Origin: an uncultured Oscillospiraceae bacterium
GTDB taxonomy: Bacteria; Bacillota; Clostridia; Oscillospirales; Ruminococcaceae
Direction of reading: 5' to 3'
Assembly (NCBI GenBank): GCA_964548535.1
Contig: CAZJRQ010000015.1
Coordinates: 1 to 55,659, forward strand
Length of the DNA stretch: 55,659 nt
Shown: in pieces, positions 7,820-17,735 of the stretch
Numbering within the stretch: the stretch's first letter is position 1
Layout of the letters: each line of letters starts with the position of its first letter
Made by a program: the position numbers and the translations under genes
Notes under the pieces: model-generated
Told to the model about the DNA's origin: nothing
Seen by the model: the letters and a program-made list of their open reading frames with translations, nothing else
Database searches by the model: none

Positions 7820-9841
7820 ATGAGAATTGAAGAAGTAATTGACTCCGCTCTTGTCAGCGAAATAACTGACGACACTGTTTTGGGCGTTGACATCGGCTCT
7901 AGAAATGCAAAAGCCGTTTTAATACATAACCACGAAATCTATATAGCCCTTATTCCTACCGGAATTAATATGCAAAATACTGCTGAAGAACTTTTAGAAG
8001 AAATTTTTGAAAAGGCAAACATAACGAGCAAGGATGTAGATTATGTTGTAGGAACAGGCTACGGTCGAGTTTCAATGAAATTTACTGATATGCCTATCGA
8101 AATCCTAACAGAAATCTCATGTCATGCTATGGGTGCACATTGCCTAAATGCTGGAACTAAAACAATCATAGATATCGGCGGACAAGATGCTAAGGGTATC
8201 CAGGTTGACCCTAAAACTGGTAAAGTAGTTAAGTTTAAAATGAATGACAAATGTGCGGCTGGTACAGGACGTTTTTTAGAAAAAGCTGCAAACCTGCTAG
8301 GATATACAATGAAAGAATTCGGACCTGCCGCTCTTAGATCAACTAAAGATCTAGAAGTCAGCAGTCAGTGCGTAGTATTCGCTGAGTCCGAAGTTGTTTC
8401 TTTAAGAGCAAAGGGTGAAACAGCTGAAGATATTGCTGCTGGTGTAATGGCGGCGTCTGCAAAGCGCGTAATAAGCCTGCTTAGCCAAATTCCGATTGAA
8501 TCTGATTTGGTATTCACTGGCGGTGTTTCAAACAACGTTGGAATGAAGCACACTCTTGAAAAACTTTTGGGACACACAATTGTAGTTCCTAAGCTTGACA
8601 TGGTTTATGCTGGCGCATTGGGTGCAGCAGTCTATGCTCAAAAGCTATCTCACGAATCAAGCCAGACTAATGAAAAAGAAGCTCAAACAAACAAAGTAGA
8701 CATCTCAGATCTTAAACGAAAAATCAGCGATGCAGAACTTTCTTTAATTGAAAGACGTGACGCTAAAAAGGTTGGATATGTTTGTACTTACACTCCAATT
8801 GAATTGCTGAGTGCGGCAGGAGTTGCACATACAAGACTTGCAAAATGCGGTGAGCCAAACGTTGTAGCACAGGGCGAGCTTATCACCAAGAGCGTATTTT
8901 GTGATGTCACAAAAAGCATAATAGGTCACTTTGCAGAGAAAGACCCGATGTTTGATGCATTAGATCAAGTGTACACTTTCTATACTTGTGACTCAATGAG
9001 AGCGGCGGCTGATGCAATTGACAACTACTTCAAGCCTACTTTGGGATATGTTGTTCCGAGAGGCAGTGAAAAACAGTCGGTTAGAAATCTTTTCAGAGAT
9101 CAGATTATAAACTTCAAAAACGATTTGGAGACTCTTACAGGCAAGCCAATTTCTGATGAAACTATCCGCGAACAGATTATACTTCACAAGAAATTGAGAA
9201 AGCTTGTAAAGTCAATTTCAGCTTTGAGAAAAAGAAATAATCCCCCAATTTCAGGAACAGATTTCCTAGAGATTACTCGTGCCTACAGAACTATTCCAGC
9301 ACAGGAGCAAATTGCCGTTTTAGGCGATTTGTATAGACGAATTTCAAACATTCCTGATGACAGCAAGCCAAGACTACGTATAATGGTAGCAGGCGGAATG
9401 ATTGCTGACGGTGACAGAAGAATAATGGATCTTCTTGAAAAAGATTTGGGTGTGAATGTTGTAGTTGAAGATCACTGCACAGGACTAAGTCCATTCTATA
9501 ATGAAACTGAATCATCGGACGATATTTACACTGATTTAGCAAACGCATATCTAGACCAAGCACCTTGTGCAAGACAGTATCCTCTTGAAAAAAGAATTGA
9601 TTTCTCAGCACAACTTGCAAAGGAGTATAATGTTGACGCAGTTATTTTCACATACCTAAAATTCTGCCCTTGCTATGGAATGACAAAAAACAACTTCATA
9701 AAGAGATTTCAATCAATGGGAATTCCAGTTTTAGAGCTGGATACCGACTACTCAAAGGGTGACACAGGTCAAATAAAAACACGTCTTGAGGCATTTATTG
9801 AAGTCTTACAAGAATCAAAGGGAGGTGCTAGCGTTGAGTAG
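7820..9841 (+). CDS. fusion protein: N-terminal activase (ASKHA ATPase) + C-terminal 2-hydroxyacyl-CoA dehydratase subunit (HgdA/HgdB family)
   Basis: N-terminal 260 aa is a paralog of the upstream activase (GVDIGSRNAK, KCAAGTGRFLE, FTGGVSNN). The C-terminal part carries GYVCTYTPIELLSAAG and Cys motifs typical of the HgdAB/BcrBC family. ATG 7820 has a GAGGTGA ribosome-binding site. Confidence 0.8.
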   Translation: MRIEEVIDSALVSEITDDTVLGVDIGSRNAKAVLIHNHEIYIALIPTGINMQNTAEELLEEIFEKANITSKDVDYVVGTGYGRVSMKFTDMPIEILTEISCHAMGAHCLNAGTKTIIDIGGQDAKGIQVDPKTGKVVKFKMNDKCAAGTGRFLEKAANLLGYTMKEFGPAALRSTKDLEVSSQCVVFAESEVVSLRAKGETAEDIAAGVMAASAKRVISLLSQIPIESDLVFTGGVSNNVGMKHTLEKLLGHTIVVPKLDMVYAGALGAAVYAQKLSHESSQTNEKEAQTNKVDISDLKRKISDAELSLIERRDAKKVGYVCTYTPIELLSAAGVAHTRLAKCGEPNVVAQGELITKSVFCDVTKSIIGHFAEKDPMFDALDQVYTFYTCDSMRAAADAIDNYFKPTLGYVVPRGSEKQSVRNLFRDQIINFKNDLETLTGKPISDETIREQIILHKKLRKLVKSISALRKRNNPPISGTDFLEITRAYRTIPAQEQIAVLGDLYRRISNIPDDSKPRLRIMVAGGMIADGDRRIMDLLEKDLGVNVVVEDHCTGLSPFYNETESSDDIYTDLANAYLDQAPCARQYPLEKRIDFSAQLAKEYNVDAVIFTYLKFCPCYGMTKNNFIKRFQSMGIPVLELDTDYSKGDTGQIKTRLEAFIEVLQESKGGASVE

Positions 9842-11060
9842 TATAATTCTTAATTCAAAAAATATCGCTGAGCCTACAAATCAGCTAGAATATATTCAGC
9901 AAAGCAAGTTTGAACACGGATATTCAAAAGCGATTAACAGATTATTTGACATAGCGCTAAATTATATTGAAGATGCTGAAAAGGCACAAACACAGGGCAA
10001 AAAAGCCGCATGGACGCAGGGCGTTTTCGAAGCACCGCTATTCTATGCTTGCGATACAATACCCGTTTCAGCTATTGACTTAGGCAGACTTAGCTCAAGA
10101 GATTCTGTTCAGGTTGCAGAAAAGGCTTTTGATTTGCCTAAAGAAACTTGTTCAATGATTTCAGTTTTGCTAGGTGAATGGCTATTAAGACGCAACTCAC
10201 CAATTAACAAAGTTGTAGCATTCAACAATGCTTGCGAGCCTTTCAACATGGCTTATGAGCTGATTCGTGATTATGACTACGATGTTTTCAGAGTAGAAGG
10301 AGCAATTCGACCAAAAGATAATCACGACGGCAGATTTGATCAGGTAATAAAATTTCTAGCAGAAGAACTTAAAGACTTAGCTGACTGGCTTTCTGACGGT
10401 TCTTTCAGTGAGGACAAAATGTCTTTTGAAATTAAGAGAATGAACAAGATTCTTGCAAAGGTTAGAAAAATAATGGACTTGCGACTTAAAAATCCACTGT
10501 ACATGAAAAGCTTACCTACTATGTTTATGCTAATGGGTTCAGGTCATTATTATGGAAAGCCAGAAGAGTTTGAGGAAATTCTTGATGAGCTGATTGAAGA
10601 ACTAGAATCATCAGATATAATCACATCAAAGCTCGGAAAAATTGTACCACTAACATGGGCAGGTGCAAGAGGTTTGGAGTTTGGCGTGTACAAAGCAGTT
10701 GATGACTGCGGCGGAGCTTTGCTAAGCTGGTACACTCCTAACCCATATGACAAAGATTGGGACGAAAAAAGTTTTCCACTTGAGAGCATGGCGAAGTTTA
10801 TTTTAGACTACTTCCTTGTTGGTTCTCCAGTAAATCAGATAAACGGAATTGAAAAAATGATTGAGAAATCCGACTCAAAAGGCATTTTCTTTTATCACTA
10901 TGTTGGCTGTGCATTTGGCGGAGTTCATGTAGAAATTTTCAGAAATTATTTTAGAAAAATGGGCGTACCAAGCATTAACCTTGACGGCTGTTTCCAAGTT
11001 GGAGCACCATCAGGACAGCTGCTTACTCGTGTAAGAGCGTTTATTGAAATGCTTGAGTGA
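9834..11060 (+). CDS. 2-hydroxyacyl-CoA dehydratase family subunit (HgdB-like partner)
   Basis: HgdAB-family features FYACDTIP and YHYVGCAFGG. A TTG start at 9834 sits 6 nt after GGAGGTG and overlaps the upstream stop by 8 nt, which indicates translational coupling. Confidence 0.7.
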   Translation: MSSIILNSKNIAEPTNQLEYIQQSKFEHGYSKAINRLFDIALNYIEDAEKAQTQGKKAAWTQGVFEAPLFYACDTIPVSAIDLGRLSSRDSVQVAEKAFDLPKETCSMISVLLGEWLLRRNSPINKVVAFNNACEPFNMAYELIRDYDYDVFRVEGAIRPKDNHDGRFDQVIKFLAEELKDLADWLSDGSFSEDKMSFEIKRMNKILAKVRKIMDLRLKNPLYMKSLPTMFMLMGSGHYYGKPEEFEEILDELIEELESSDIITSKLGKIVPLTWAGARGLEFGVYKAVDDCGGALLSWYTPNPYDKDWDEKSFPLESMAKFILDYFLVGSPVNQINGIEKMIEKSDSKGIFFYHYVGCAFGGVHVEIFRNYFRKMGVPSINLDGCFQVGAPSGQLLTRVRAFIEMLE

Positions 11061-11209
11061 TTGAAAATTAAATATATAATTGTCCGCAGTCTATATGATT
11101 TGCGGATAATTTTCGTGTCAAATTGCAGAATGAATTTCAAAGTATTGAGTTGACAAAGAAACCAAATTAACTCCCCTACTGTTAAACATCCTAAAATAAT
11201 TACAAACAT

Positions 11210-11249
11210 AAAAAAATCAGTCAACCAAATTAGTTGACTGATTTTTAAT
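11210..11249. terminator. bidirectional rho-independent terminator between convergent genes
   Basis: An 11-bp stem AATCAGTCAAC/GTTGACTGATT is flanked by an A-run on one side and a T-run on the other. Confidence 0.6.
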
Positions 11250-11258
11250 TTTGTATTT

Positions 11259-11576
11259 TTATCTTAGCTTTTTTATATTTTCCGCAATAATAAGCTTATG
11301 AGTAAATCCGTTTAACTTCTCTTTAATCTCACCGTTTTTAATGAAAATCAAGGTAGGAACAGTCGTAATATCGTAACGCGCGGCAAGTGCTGATTCGTCC
11401 TCAGCATTGCACTTTGCAACTACACTATCGCTAGCATATTCCTCTGAAACTTCCAAAAGTCCCTCCTCAGTTTTCTTGCAGTGATAACAAGCTGGCAGAT
11501 AAAACTCAATAACCACTGGCTTGTCTTGCTTTATGACCACTTGATCAAAATTATCATTAGTTAGAGTTATAATCAT
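11259..11576 (-). CDS. thioredoxin-family protein with atypical CYHC active-site motif
   Basis: Thioredoxin fold signature (VVIEFYLPACYHCKK ... TVPTLIFIKNG). ATG has an AAGGAGAG ribosome-binding site. Confidence 0.8.
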   Translation of the reverse strand: MIITLTNDNFDQVVIKQDKPVVIEFYLPACYHCKKTEEGLLEVSEEYASDSVVAKCNAEDESALAARYDITTVPTLIFIKNGEIKEKLNGFTHKLIIAENIKKLR

Positions 11577-12032
11577 AACTACTCTCCTTATCGATTTGTA
11601 TAGTATATCAATATGAATGATATGAATTAAATACTATTATATACTATGTCGCAATAATTGTCAATACTAGATTTAAAACATCTATTATATTTTGCATAAA
11701 TTAATATGATTTATCACAAGTATTCATATTATCCCTATATGAATATTTGACAATATTGTTCTAATCTAGCTACCAATATTCAACTTTTTAAGCTATGTTT
11801 CACAAAGTTATAAATAGTCTATTGACATTGACTTAAAATTAGTATAAAATATAAAGCATAGTAAACCTACAGCAAAAGTATGAAATTGCGTTTACGAGAA
11901 AAATTTAATACTTTTAGATATGGAAGTGACAGACATGAATAGAATATTCATCATACTAATAAAACAAAATAATAGGTCACAGCGATGTTGCCTTTACTAA
12001 TCTTAACTACAAATTATTTGGAGATGTGACTT

Positions 12033-13103
12033 ATGTATATTGAACTGAAGAACATAAATAAAACCTTCGGCGATTTTAAAGCTACTGACGATGTTTCGTT
12101 TGGAATAGAAAAAGGAAAGCTAATAGGACTTTTAGGTCCAAGTGGCAGTGGAAAAACCACAATTCTTAGAATGCTTGCTGGACTTGAACATCAAGACTCA
12201 GGTGATATTTACATAAACGGAAATCTAGTAAACGATTTGCCATCTAATCAACGAGAAATTGGATTTGTTTTTCAAAATTACGCACTGTTCCCTTACTTGA
12301 CAGTTTATGATAACATTGCATATGGTCTTAAAGTTCAAAAGAAAGATAAAGCTTTCATCAAGGCACGAGTTACTGAGCTTCTTGACTTAGTTGAACTTCC
12401 AGGACTTGAAAAAAGATATCCAGACCAGCTAAGCGGCGGTCAGCGACAGCGTATTGCACTCGCACGAGCACTAGCACCAAACCCAGAACTTTTACTGCTT
12501 GACGAACCTTTTGCTGCAATCGACGCAAAGGTTAGAAAAGACCTCAGAACTTGGCTTCGTGAAACTATTGATAAAATCGGAATTACAAGTATTTTTGTAA
12601 CTCACGATCAAGATGAAGCGGTAGAAGTCGCTGATGAAATTGTAATAACAAATAAAGGCAGAGTTGAACAAGTAGGAAACCCTGCTGAAATCTATCAAAA
12701 TCCTAAAACTCCATTCGTCGCTCAATTTATCGGACAATCAGCTGTTATTGATAATTATAATTCTTTAAAAGGATTTGAGTCAGACGGCGAAAATAAACAA
12801 GCAATTATCCGACCTGAATTTATCGAAATTCATAAATTTGATGATGATGGAAAACATCATGATTTCGAAACTGTAATGGAAAATGGCATAATATCAGACG
12901 TATTATTTAGAGGAAATTCCTACGAAATACAAGTTGATGTAAAACAAATCCAACTCAAAGGGCGTTATCCGCTTGAGGGTAAAAAGCTCAAAAAAGGCGA
13001 TACAGTAAAGGTGCTAATAAAAAAGCTTTTTGTTATAAATGAATCATCTACACAAATTTTAGTTAATAGCGTATTTGATGATTCTGACCTTTATTACATA
13101 TAG
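12033..13103 (+). CDS. ABC transporter ATP-binding protein with C-terminal TOBE/MOP-like domain
   Basis: Walker A GPSGSGKTT, signature LSGGQRQR and Walker B LLLDEP. Confidence 0.9.
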   Translation: MYIELKNINKTFGDFKATDDVSFGIEKGKLIGLLGPSGSGKTTILRMLAGLEHQDSGDIYINGNLVNDLPSNQREIGFVFQNYALFPYLTVYDNIAYGLKVQKKDKAFIKARVTELLDLVELPGLEKRYPDQLSGGQRQRIALARALAPNPELLLLDEPFAAIDAKVRKDLRTWLRETIDKIGITSIFVTHDQDEAVEVADEIVITNKGRVEQVGNPAEIYQNPKTPFVAQFIGQSAVIDNYNSLKGFESDGENKQAIIRPEFIEIHKFDDDGKHHDFETVMENGIISDVLFRGNSYEIQVDVKQIQLKGRYPLEGKKLKKGDTVKVLIKKLFVINESSTQILVNSVFDDSDLYYI

Positions 13104-13114
13104 GGGGTAGCATA

Positions 13115-13891
13115 GTGGAAAAGAAAAATAATAAAACTGACGCTATACAAAAAATTCTTCGCTGCGGAATTATATCATGGGCAATTTTCATCGCAATATG
13201 GGGATTAGGATCTCTTGCATATGATGAATATTTTCTGCCAAGTCCAAAGGAAACATGGGACAGTTTTGTACTTCTAGTAAAAGACGGAACGCTATGGGCT
13301 GACGTAGCAGCAAGCTTAAGCAGAGTTTTCAAAGGCTGGCTTTTAGCAATTTTATTTGGAGTACCTCTAGGGCTTTTAGTAGGCAATTTCAAAACTGTTC
13401 AATGGCTTGTAGAACCGATACTTAGCTTTTTTAGGTTTGTTCCTGCTATTGCTTTGACAACGCTGTTTCTAATGTGGTTCGGAGTTGGAGAAGAATCTAA
13501 GGTTGCACTGATTTTTTACGCATCATTCTTCCCAATCTTCATAAACACAATTGCAGGAGTTGCCTCTACTGATCAATCGCTCGTTGAAGCATCATCATGT
13601 ATGGGATCTAAAAAAGCAAGAGTATTTTTCACAGTTATAGTTCCATCTTCAGTATCACATATTTTTACTGGTGTAAGATTAGGACTCAGTTCATCATTTA
13701 TCTGCGTGGTAGCAGCAGAAATGCTTGTAGGCAGTGACGGCTTAGGATATCTTATAAACAGTTCAAAACTTTACTACAAAACAAGCTGGGCTTTTGCCGG
13801 AATAGTAACTTTGGCACTTACAGGTTTTATTGCAGATAAGATTTTGCTTGCAGTTGGACGACGCAAGCTAAAACATTTTGGGGTAAAATAA
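13115..13891 (+). CDS. ABC transporter permease (NitT/TauT family, SsuC/TauC-like)
   Basis: Six-TM permease carrying the EAA-like loop. GTG start lies after GGGGGTAG. Confidence 0.8.
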   Translation: MEKKNNKTDAIQKILRCGIISWAIFIAIWGLGSLAYDEYFLPSPKETWDSFVLLVKDGTLWADVAASLSRVFKGWLLAILFGVPLGLLVGNFKTVQWLVEPILSFFRFVPAIALTTLFLMWFGVGEESKVALIFYASFFPIFINTIAGVASTDQSLVEASSCMGSKKARVFFTVIVPSSVSHIFTGVRLGLSSSFICVVAAEMLVGSDGLGYLINSSKLYYKTSWAFAGIVTLALTGFIADKILLAVGRRKLKHFGVK

Positions 13892-13914
13892 AATTTATAT
13901 TGGAGAAAATTATT

Positions 13915-14955
13915 ATGATTAAAATAAAAAAAATAGCTAGCATGGCAATAGCCGCAGCATTAACTGGAGCGATTTTAACAGGCTGCGGAAATACAGACAC
14001 TTCAGAGCCAAGCAAAACAAAGGCTAATGACGGCAAAGACCTTCAAGTACTACGAGTAGCAGTAATGACTGGCGAGCCTGATCAGTATGCTACATATATC
14101 GGAATACAACAAGGCATTTTTGAAAAATACGGTATATCTGTTGAAACTATTGAATACGTAGCTGGAGTTAACACAATCGACTCGGTTGTAAATGGAACAG
14201 CAGACACTGGACTTCTAGCAGATTTCGCCGCAGTAAATCGTATAGGCAATACACTTCATGACACTAATTTAGAAATATTTTCAGAGCTTAGTGTAAGCGT
14301 TCCAAACAATGGCGGACTTTATGTTTCTCCTGAATTTGCTGATGATTTATCAAAGCTTGACGGAAGTAAAGGCTTCATAACCACGCTCGGAACAGTAACA
14401 GAATACTACAACTGGCAGGCTCAAACATATGCAGGTATTGATCCTGAAAAACAAAATATAGTTCAGACAGATTCAAATCAAACTTCTCTGGCTCTTGCAA
14501 AAAATAACGACGCATCAGCAATCGTAGCATATGGATCAAACGGAAAATATTTTGAAGATCAAGGCTGGGTTCTAGCTGCAAATTCTGAAGATATCGGAAT
14601 AAGCATTGCAACATATCTTCTGACAACAAAAGAATTTCTTGATAAAAATAACGATTTAATTGCAAATTATCTAAAAGCATTAGATGAAAGTGTAACTTAT
14701 ATCACTGAACATCTCGACGAAGTATCCTCTGATGTTGAATCAAAGTTCGGCATAAATTCCGAAGATTTCAAGCAAAATTGGGAGGCTAGAATATTCAGAA
14801 TTGGACTTTCCAAAGAAGGTGCAAAACAGCTTGACGACCTAAACGCATGGGCATATAGTCAAGGCAAGTACGAGGAAGAATATAACATAAGAGATTTTAT
14901 AAATACATCAGCTATTGAAAAAGCATTGCCAGACAATATTACAATCAAAAAATAG
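13915..14955 (+). CDS. ABC transporter substrate-binding lipoprotein (NMT1/SsuA-like)
   Basis: Signal peptide with lipobox LTGC. ATG 13915 follows TTGGAGAAAA. The gene is in operon context with the ATPase and permease. Confidence 0.75.
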   Translation: MIKIKKIASMAIAAALTGAILTGCGNTDTSEPSKTKANDGKDLQVLRVAVMTGEPDQYATYIGIQQGIFEKYGISVETIEYVAGVNTIDSVVNGTADTGLLADFAAVNRIGNTLHDTNLEIFSELSVSVPNNGGLYVSPEFADDLSKLDGSKGFITTLGTVTEYYNWQAQTYAGIDPEKQNIVQTDSNQTSLALAKNNDASAIVAYGSNGKYFEDQGWVLAANSEDIGISIATYLLTTKEFLDKNNDLIANYLKALDESVTYITEHLDEVSSDVESKFGINSEDFKQNWEARIFRIGLSKEGAKQLDDLNAWAYSQGKYEEEYNIRDFINTSAIEKALPDNITIKK

Positions 14956-14975
14956 ATTTAAAAGGAGTGTTTTAA

Positions 14976-16454
14976 ATGGGATATCCAGGAATATTTCCTA
15001 CAGGAACATTATCATATAATAAAGAAAAAGCTTATAGCGGATACACAATTTTCCCCTCAGCAAAAGGAGCTTTGCTAATTGACATGAACGGAAATGAAGT
15101 ACAGCTTTGGGCAGGCTTAGGCGGTTTTCCAAACAAAATTCTGCCAGGCGGATATGTTCTTGGAACAACGGGAGCAAGAGGAGGAAAACACGCTTTTCAA
15201 GATCAGCTTGACTTAGTTCAGGTCGATTGGGACGGAAACATAGTTTGGAAGTTTGACAAGACCGAACTAGTAGCAGATCCTGGTAAAGAGCCAACGTACC
15301 AAGCAAGACAGCACCACGACTATCAGCGTGAAGGCTCAACAGTAGGCTATTATTATCCAGGTTCAGAGCCAAAGGTAGACAGCGGAAATACACTTATTCT
15401 AACTCATGAAAATCTATATAATCACGATATTTCAGACAAGCGACTTATTGATGATAAAATTATAGAAATAGATTGGGAGGGTAACATTCTTTGGAGCTGG
15501 CGAGCAAGCGACCATTTTGATGAGCTTGGCTTTGATGAGGCTGCAAAAAATGTTCTAGCAAGAAATCCAGGAATCCACGGCGACGCAGGCGGAGATTGGA
15601 TGCATATCAATAACTTCTCAACTTTAGGTGAGAACAAGTGGTATGACGCTGGCGATGAAAGATTTCACCCTGATAACATTATTTTTGACGCACGAAATTC
15701 AAATATTCTAGCGATTATTGAAAGGTCAACAGGAAAAATCGTATGGCGCTTAGGTCCTGATTTTAATGAGAGTGAAGCAACAAGAAAGCTAGGCTGGATA
15801 ATCGGACAGCATCATCTTCACCTAATCCCAAAGGGACTTCCTGGAGAGGGAGATTTGCTAGTGTTTGATAACGGCGGTCAAGGCGGATACGGCGTACCAA
15901 ATCCAGCCTCACCAACAGGCAACAATAATGCAGTACGAGATTATTCTCGCGTACTTCAGTTTAATCCTATCACACTTGAAATCACATGGCAGTATACACC
16001 AATTGAGGCAGGCAATTTCCTATTCTCCGACGCGTCAAAATTCTACAGCTCATACATAAGTTCAGCTCAAAGACTGCCAAACGGTAACACCCTTATAACA
16101 GAGGGTTCAGACGGTCATCTGCTTGAAGTAACGCCTGAACATGAAGTTGTTTGGGAATATATCAATCCATATTTCAATGAGATTTTTGGCAATTTCACAA
16201 ACAACATGGTATACCGCGCATACCGAGTACCATATGAATGGATTCCACAGCTTGAAATTCCCGATGAGCAATCTATTGAGCCTATTGATGTTTCGACATT
16301 TAGAGTACCAGGCTCACCAATTGGAGCTGGCAAAGGAAAAATCACAACAGTTGATGGAGTAGATCCAAATGCAAGACCAATGACAGGTGGCGGTGCAAAT
16401 GATGACGATGATGATACCATTGATTTTTGCGTAGCGTCGGTTAGCAAGAAATAA
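14976..16454 (+). CDS. arylsulfotransferase (ASST)-like beta-propeller protein, cytoplasmic
   Basis: Repeated WEY / VVWEY / IVWRL propeller-blade motifs and His-rich segments (QHHDYQ, GQHHLHLIP). No signal peptide. The family call rests on recalled motif resemblance. Confidence 0.4.
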   Translation: MGYPGIFPTGTLSYNKEKAYSGYTIFPSAKGALLIDMNGNEVQLWAGLGGFPNKILPGGYVLGTTGARGGKHAFQDQLDLVQVDWDGNIVWKFDKTELVADPGKEPTYQARQHHDYQREGSTVGYYYPGSEPKVDSGNTLILTHENLYNHDISDKRLIDDKIIEIDWEGNILWSWRASDHFDELGFDEAAKNVLARNPGIHGDAGGDWMHINNFSTLGENKWYDAGDERFHPDNIIFDARNSNILAIIERSTGKIVWRLGPDFNESEATRKLGWIIGQHHLHLIPKGLPGEGDLLVFDNGGQGGYGVPNPASPTGNNNAVRDYSRVLQFNPITLEITWQYTPIEAGNFLFSDASKFYSSYISSAQRLPNGNTLITEGSDGHLLEVTPEHEVVWEYINPYFNEIFGNFTNNMVYRAYRVPYEWIPQLEIPDEQSIEPIDVSTFRVPGSPIGAGKGKITTVDGVDPNARPMTGGGANDDDDDTIDFCVASVSKK

Positions 16455-16464
16455 TAAAAACTAA

Positions 16465-16503
16465 AGCAATTCAGAAATGAAATTCTCTGAATTGCTTTTA
16501 TTT
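16465..16503. terminator. bidirectional terminator between the ASST-like gene and bioB
   Basis: An 11-bp stem AGCAATTCAGA/TCTGAATTGCT followed by a T-run. Confidence 0.6.
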
Positions 16504-16526
16504 ATGTATTATTAAATTTGATTAGC

Positions 16527-17510
16527 TTATTGCGCATCAATTCTAATTGCCTTATATCCAATGCTCTTAAGCAACTGCATATCACTTTTAATAGTAGTTC
16601 CAGATGTTGTAAGCATATCACCAGAAATTGCGCTATTTGCACCGCTCTCAAAACAAGCTTTACCCTTATCATCAAGCAGTCCCCTGCCACCTGCCAAACG
16701 AATAGCTGCTTTTGGTAAAATAAAACGATAAATAGCCGTTACTCTTCTCATTGTGTCATTATCTAACACCTGACTATTTTCCAGTGGTGTTCCTGAAATT
16801 GGATTTAGCATGTTAATTGGAACAGAACAAACTCCAAGCTCACGAGCGGTCAAAGCCATATCAATTCTGTCCTCCATACTTTCACCAAGCCCCATGATTC
16901 CACCGCTGCATATTTCAAGACCAGCCTCATGTGCGGCATTTATTGCAGACTTTTTATCTTGATAATTATGAGTAGTACAAACTTTCCCAAAATAATTTTC
17001 AGAGCTTTCAAGATTATTATGAACCCTCTCCAAACCAGCGTCCTTCAATCTCAAAAACTGCTCTTTGTTAAGCAACCCGAACGAACCGCAAACGCTGATA
17101 TCACAAGCCTCTTTAATTTTCTTTATGCTATCACAAACACTGTCAATTTCGTCATCAGACAAAGCCTTACCGGAGGTAACAATAGAATATCTGTGAACAC
17201 CTCTACTATGATTATATAGCGCATGCTCCACGATTTCATCACTGCCAAGCAATGGATACTCATTAATCTCAGTTTTATAAAAAGCAGACTGAGCACAATA
17301 CTTGCAATTCTCAGAACATCGTCCGCTCTTACCGTTTATTATCGTGCAGATGTCAAATTTATCACCACAAAATTCCTTGCGGATTTCGTCAGCAGCAGTA
17401 CATAGCTCCTCTAACTCAACATCAGCCAAAAACATAGCATCATCCTTGTTTACAGCTCCACCAGTAAGGACAAAGTTCTTTAATCCATCTAAATCATTTG
17501 CATTTTTCAT
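16527..17510 (-). CDS. bioB: biotin synthase
   Basis: Radical-SAM motif CSENCKYC and the typical BioB length and motifs (YNHSRG, SGG). Confidence 0.9.
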   Translation of the reverse strand: MKNANDLDGLKNFVLTGGAVNKDDAMFLADVELEELCTAADEIRKEFCGDKFDICTIINGKSGRCSENCKYCAQSAFYKTEINEYPLLGSDEIVEHALYNHSRGVHRYSIVTSGKALSDDEIDSVCDSIKKIKEACDISVCGSFGLLNKEQFLRLKDAGLERVHNNLESSENYFGKVCTTHNYQDKKSAINAAHEAGLEICSGGIMGLGESMEDRIDMALTARELGVCSVPINMLNPISGTPLENSQVLDNDTMRRVTAIYRFILPKAAIRLAGGRGLLDDKGKACFESGANSAISGDMLTTSGTTIKSDMQLLKSIGYKAIRIDAQ

Positions 17511-17654
17511 AAATGTTCACCAAACCTTTTTTCAAATAAATAGTAATTTCTTTATATTATTATATCACAGCAAAGCATCATTGTCAACTAAAATTGCAAT
17601 AACTCGTTTACAATACACTTTAGATATAAATTTAGACATTGCAACTCACTGAAT

Positions 17655-17695
17655 CTACGCAAGAAAAAACCACTGACAAAATATATGTCAATGGT
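17655..17695 (-). terminator. rho-independent terminator closing the SDR-containing operon
   Basis: On the minus strand, an 11-bp stem AACCAUUGACA/UGUCAGUGGUU is followed by UUUUUUCUUG. Confidence 0.6.
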
Positions 17696-17735
17696 TTTTC
17701 ATTGGAATTTATATTAATAACAAACACAGCAAAAT

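Noticed and set aside
9291-9620. 109-aa antisense ORF within the fused dehydratase gene
   Set aside because: It is internal to a strongly supported CDS and has a His/Gln/Leu-rich low-complexity product.
17658-17690. Palindrome AACCACTGACA-N8-TGTCAATGGTT upstream of bioB as a BirA operator
   Set aside because: The arms do not match the Firmicutes BirA box (TGTtAACC / GGTTaACA). On the minus strand the hairpin is followed by a U-run, so it is better explained as the terminator of the upstream SDR operon.
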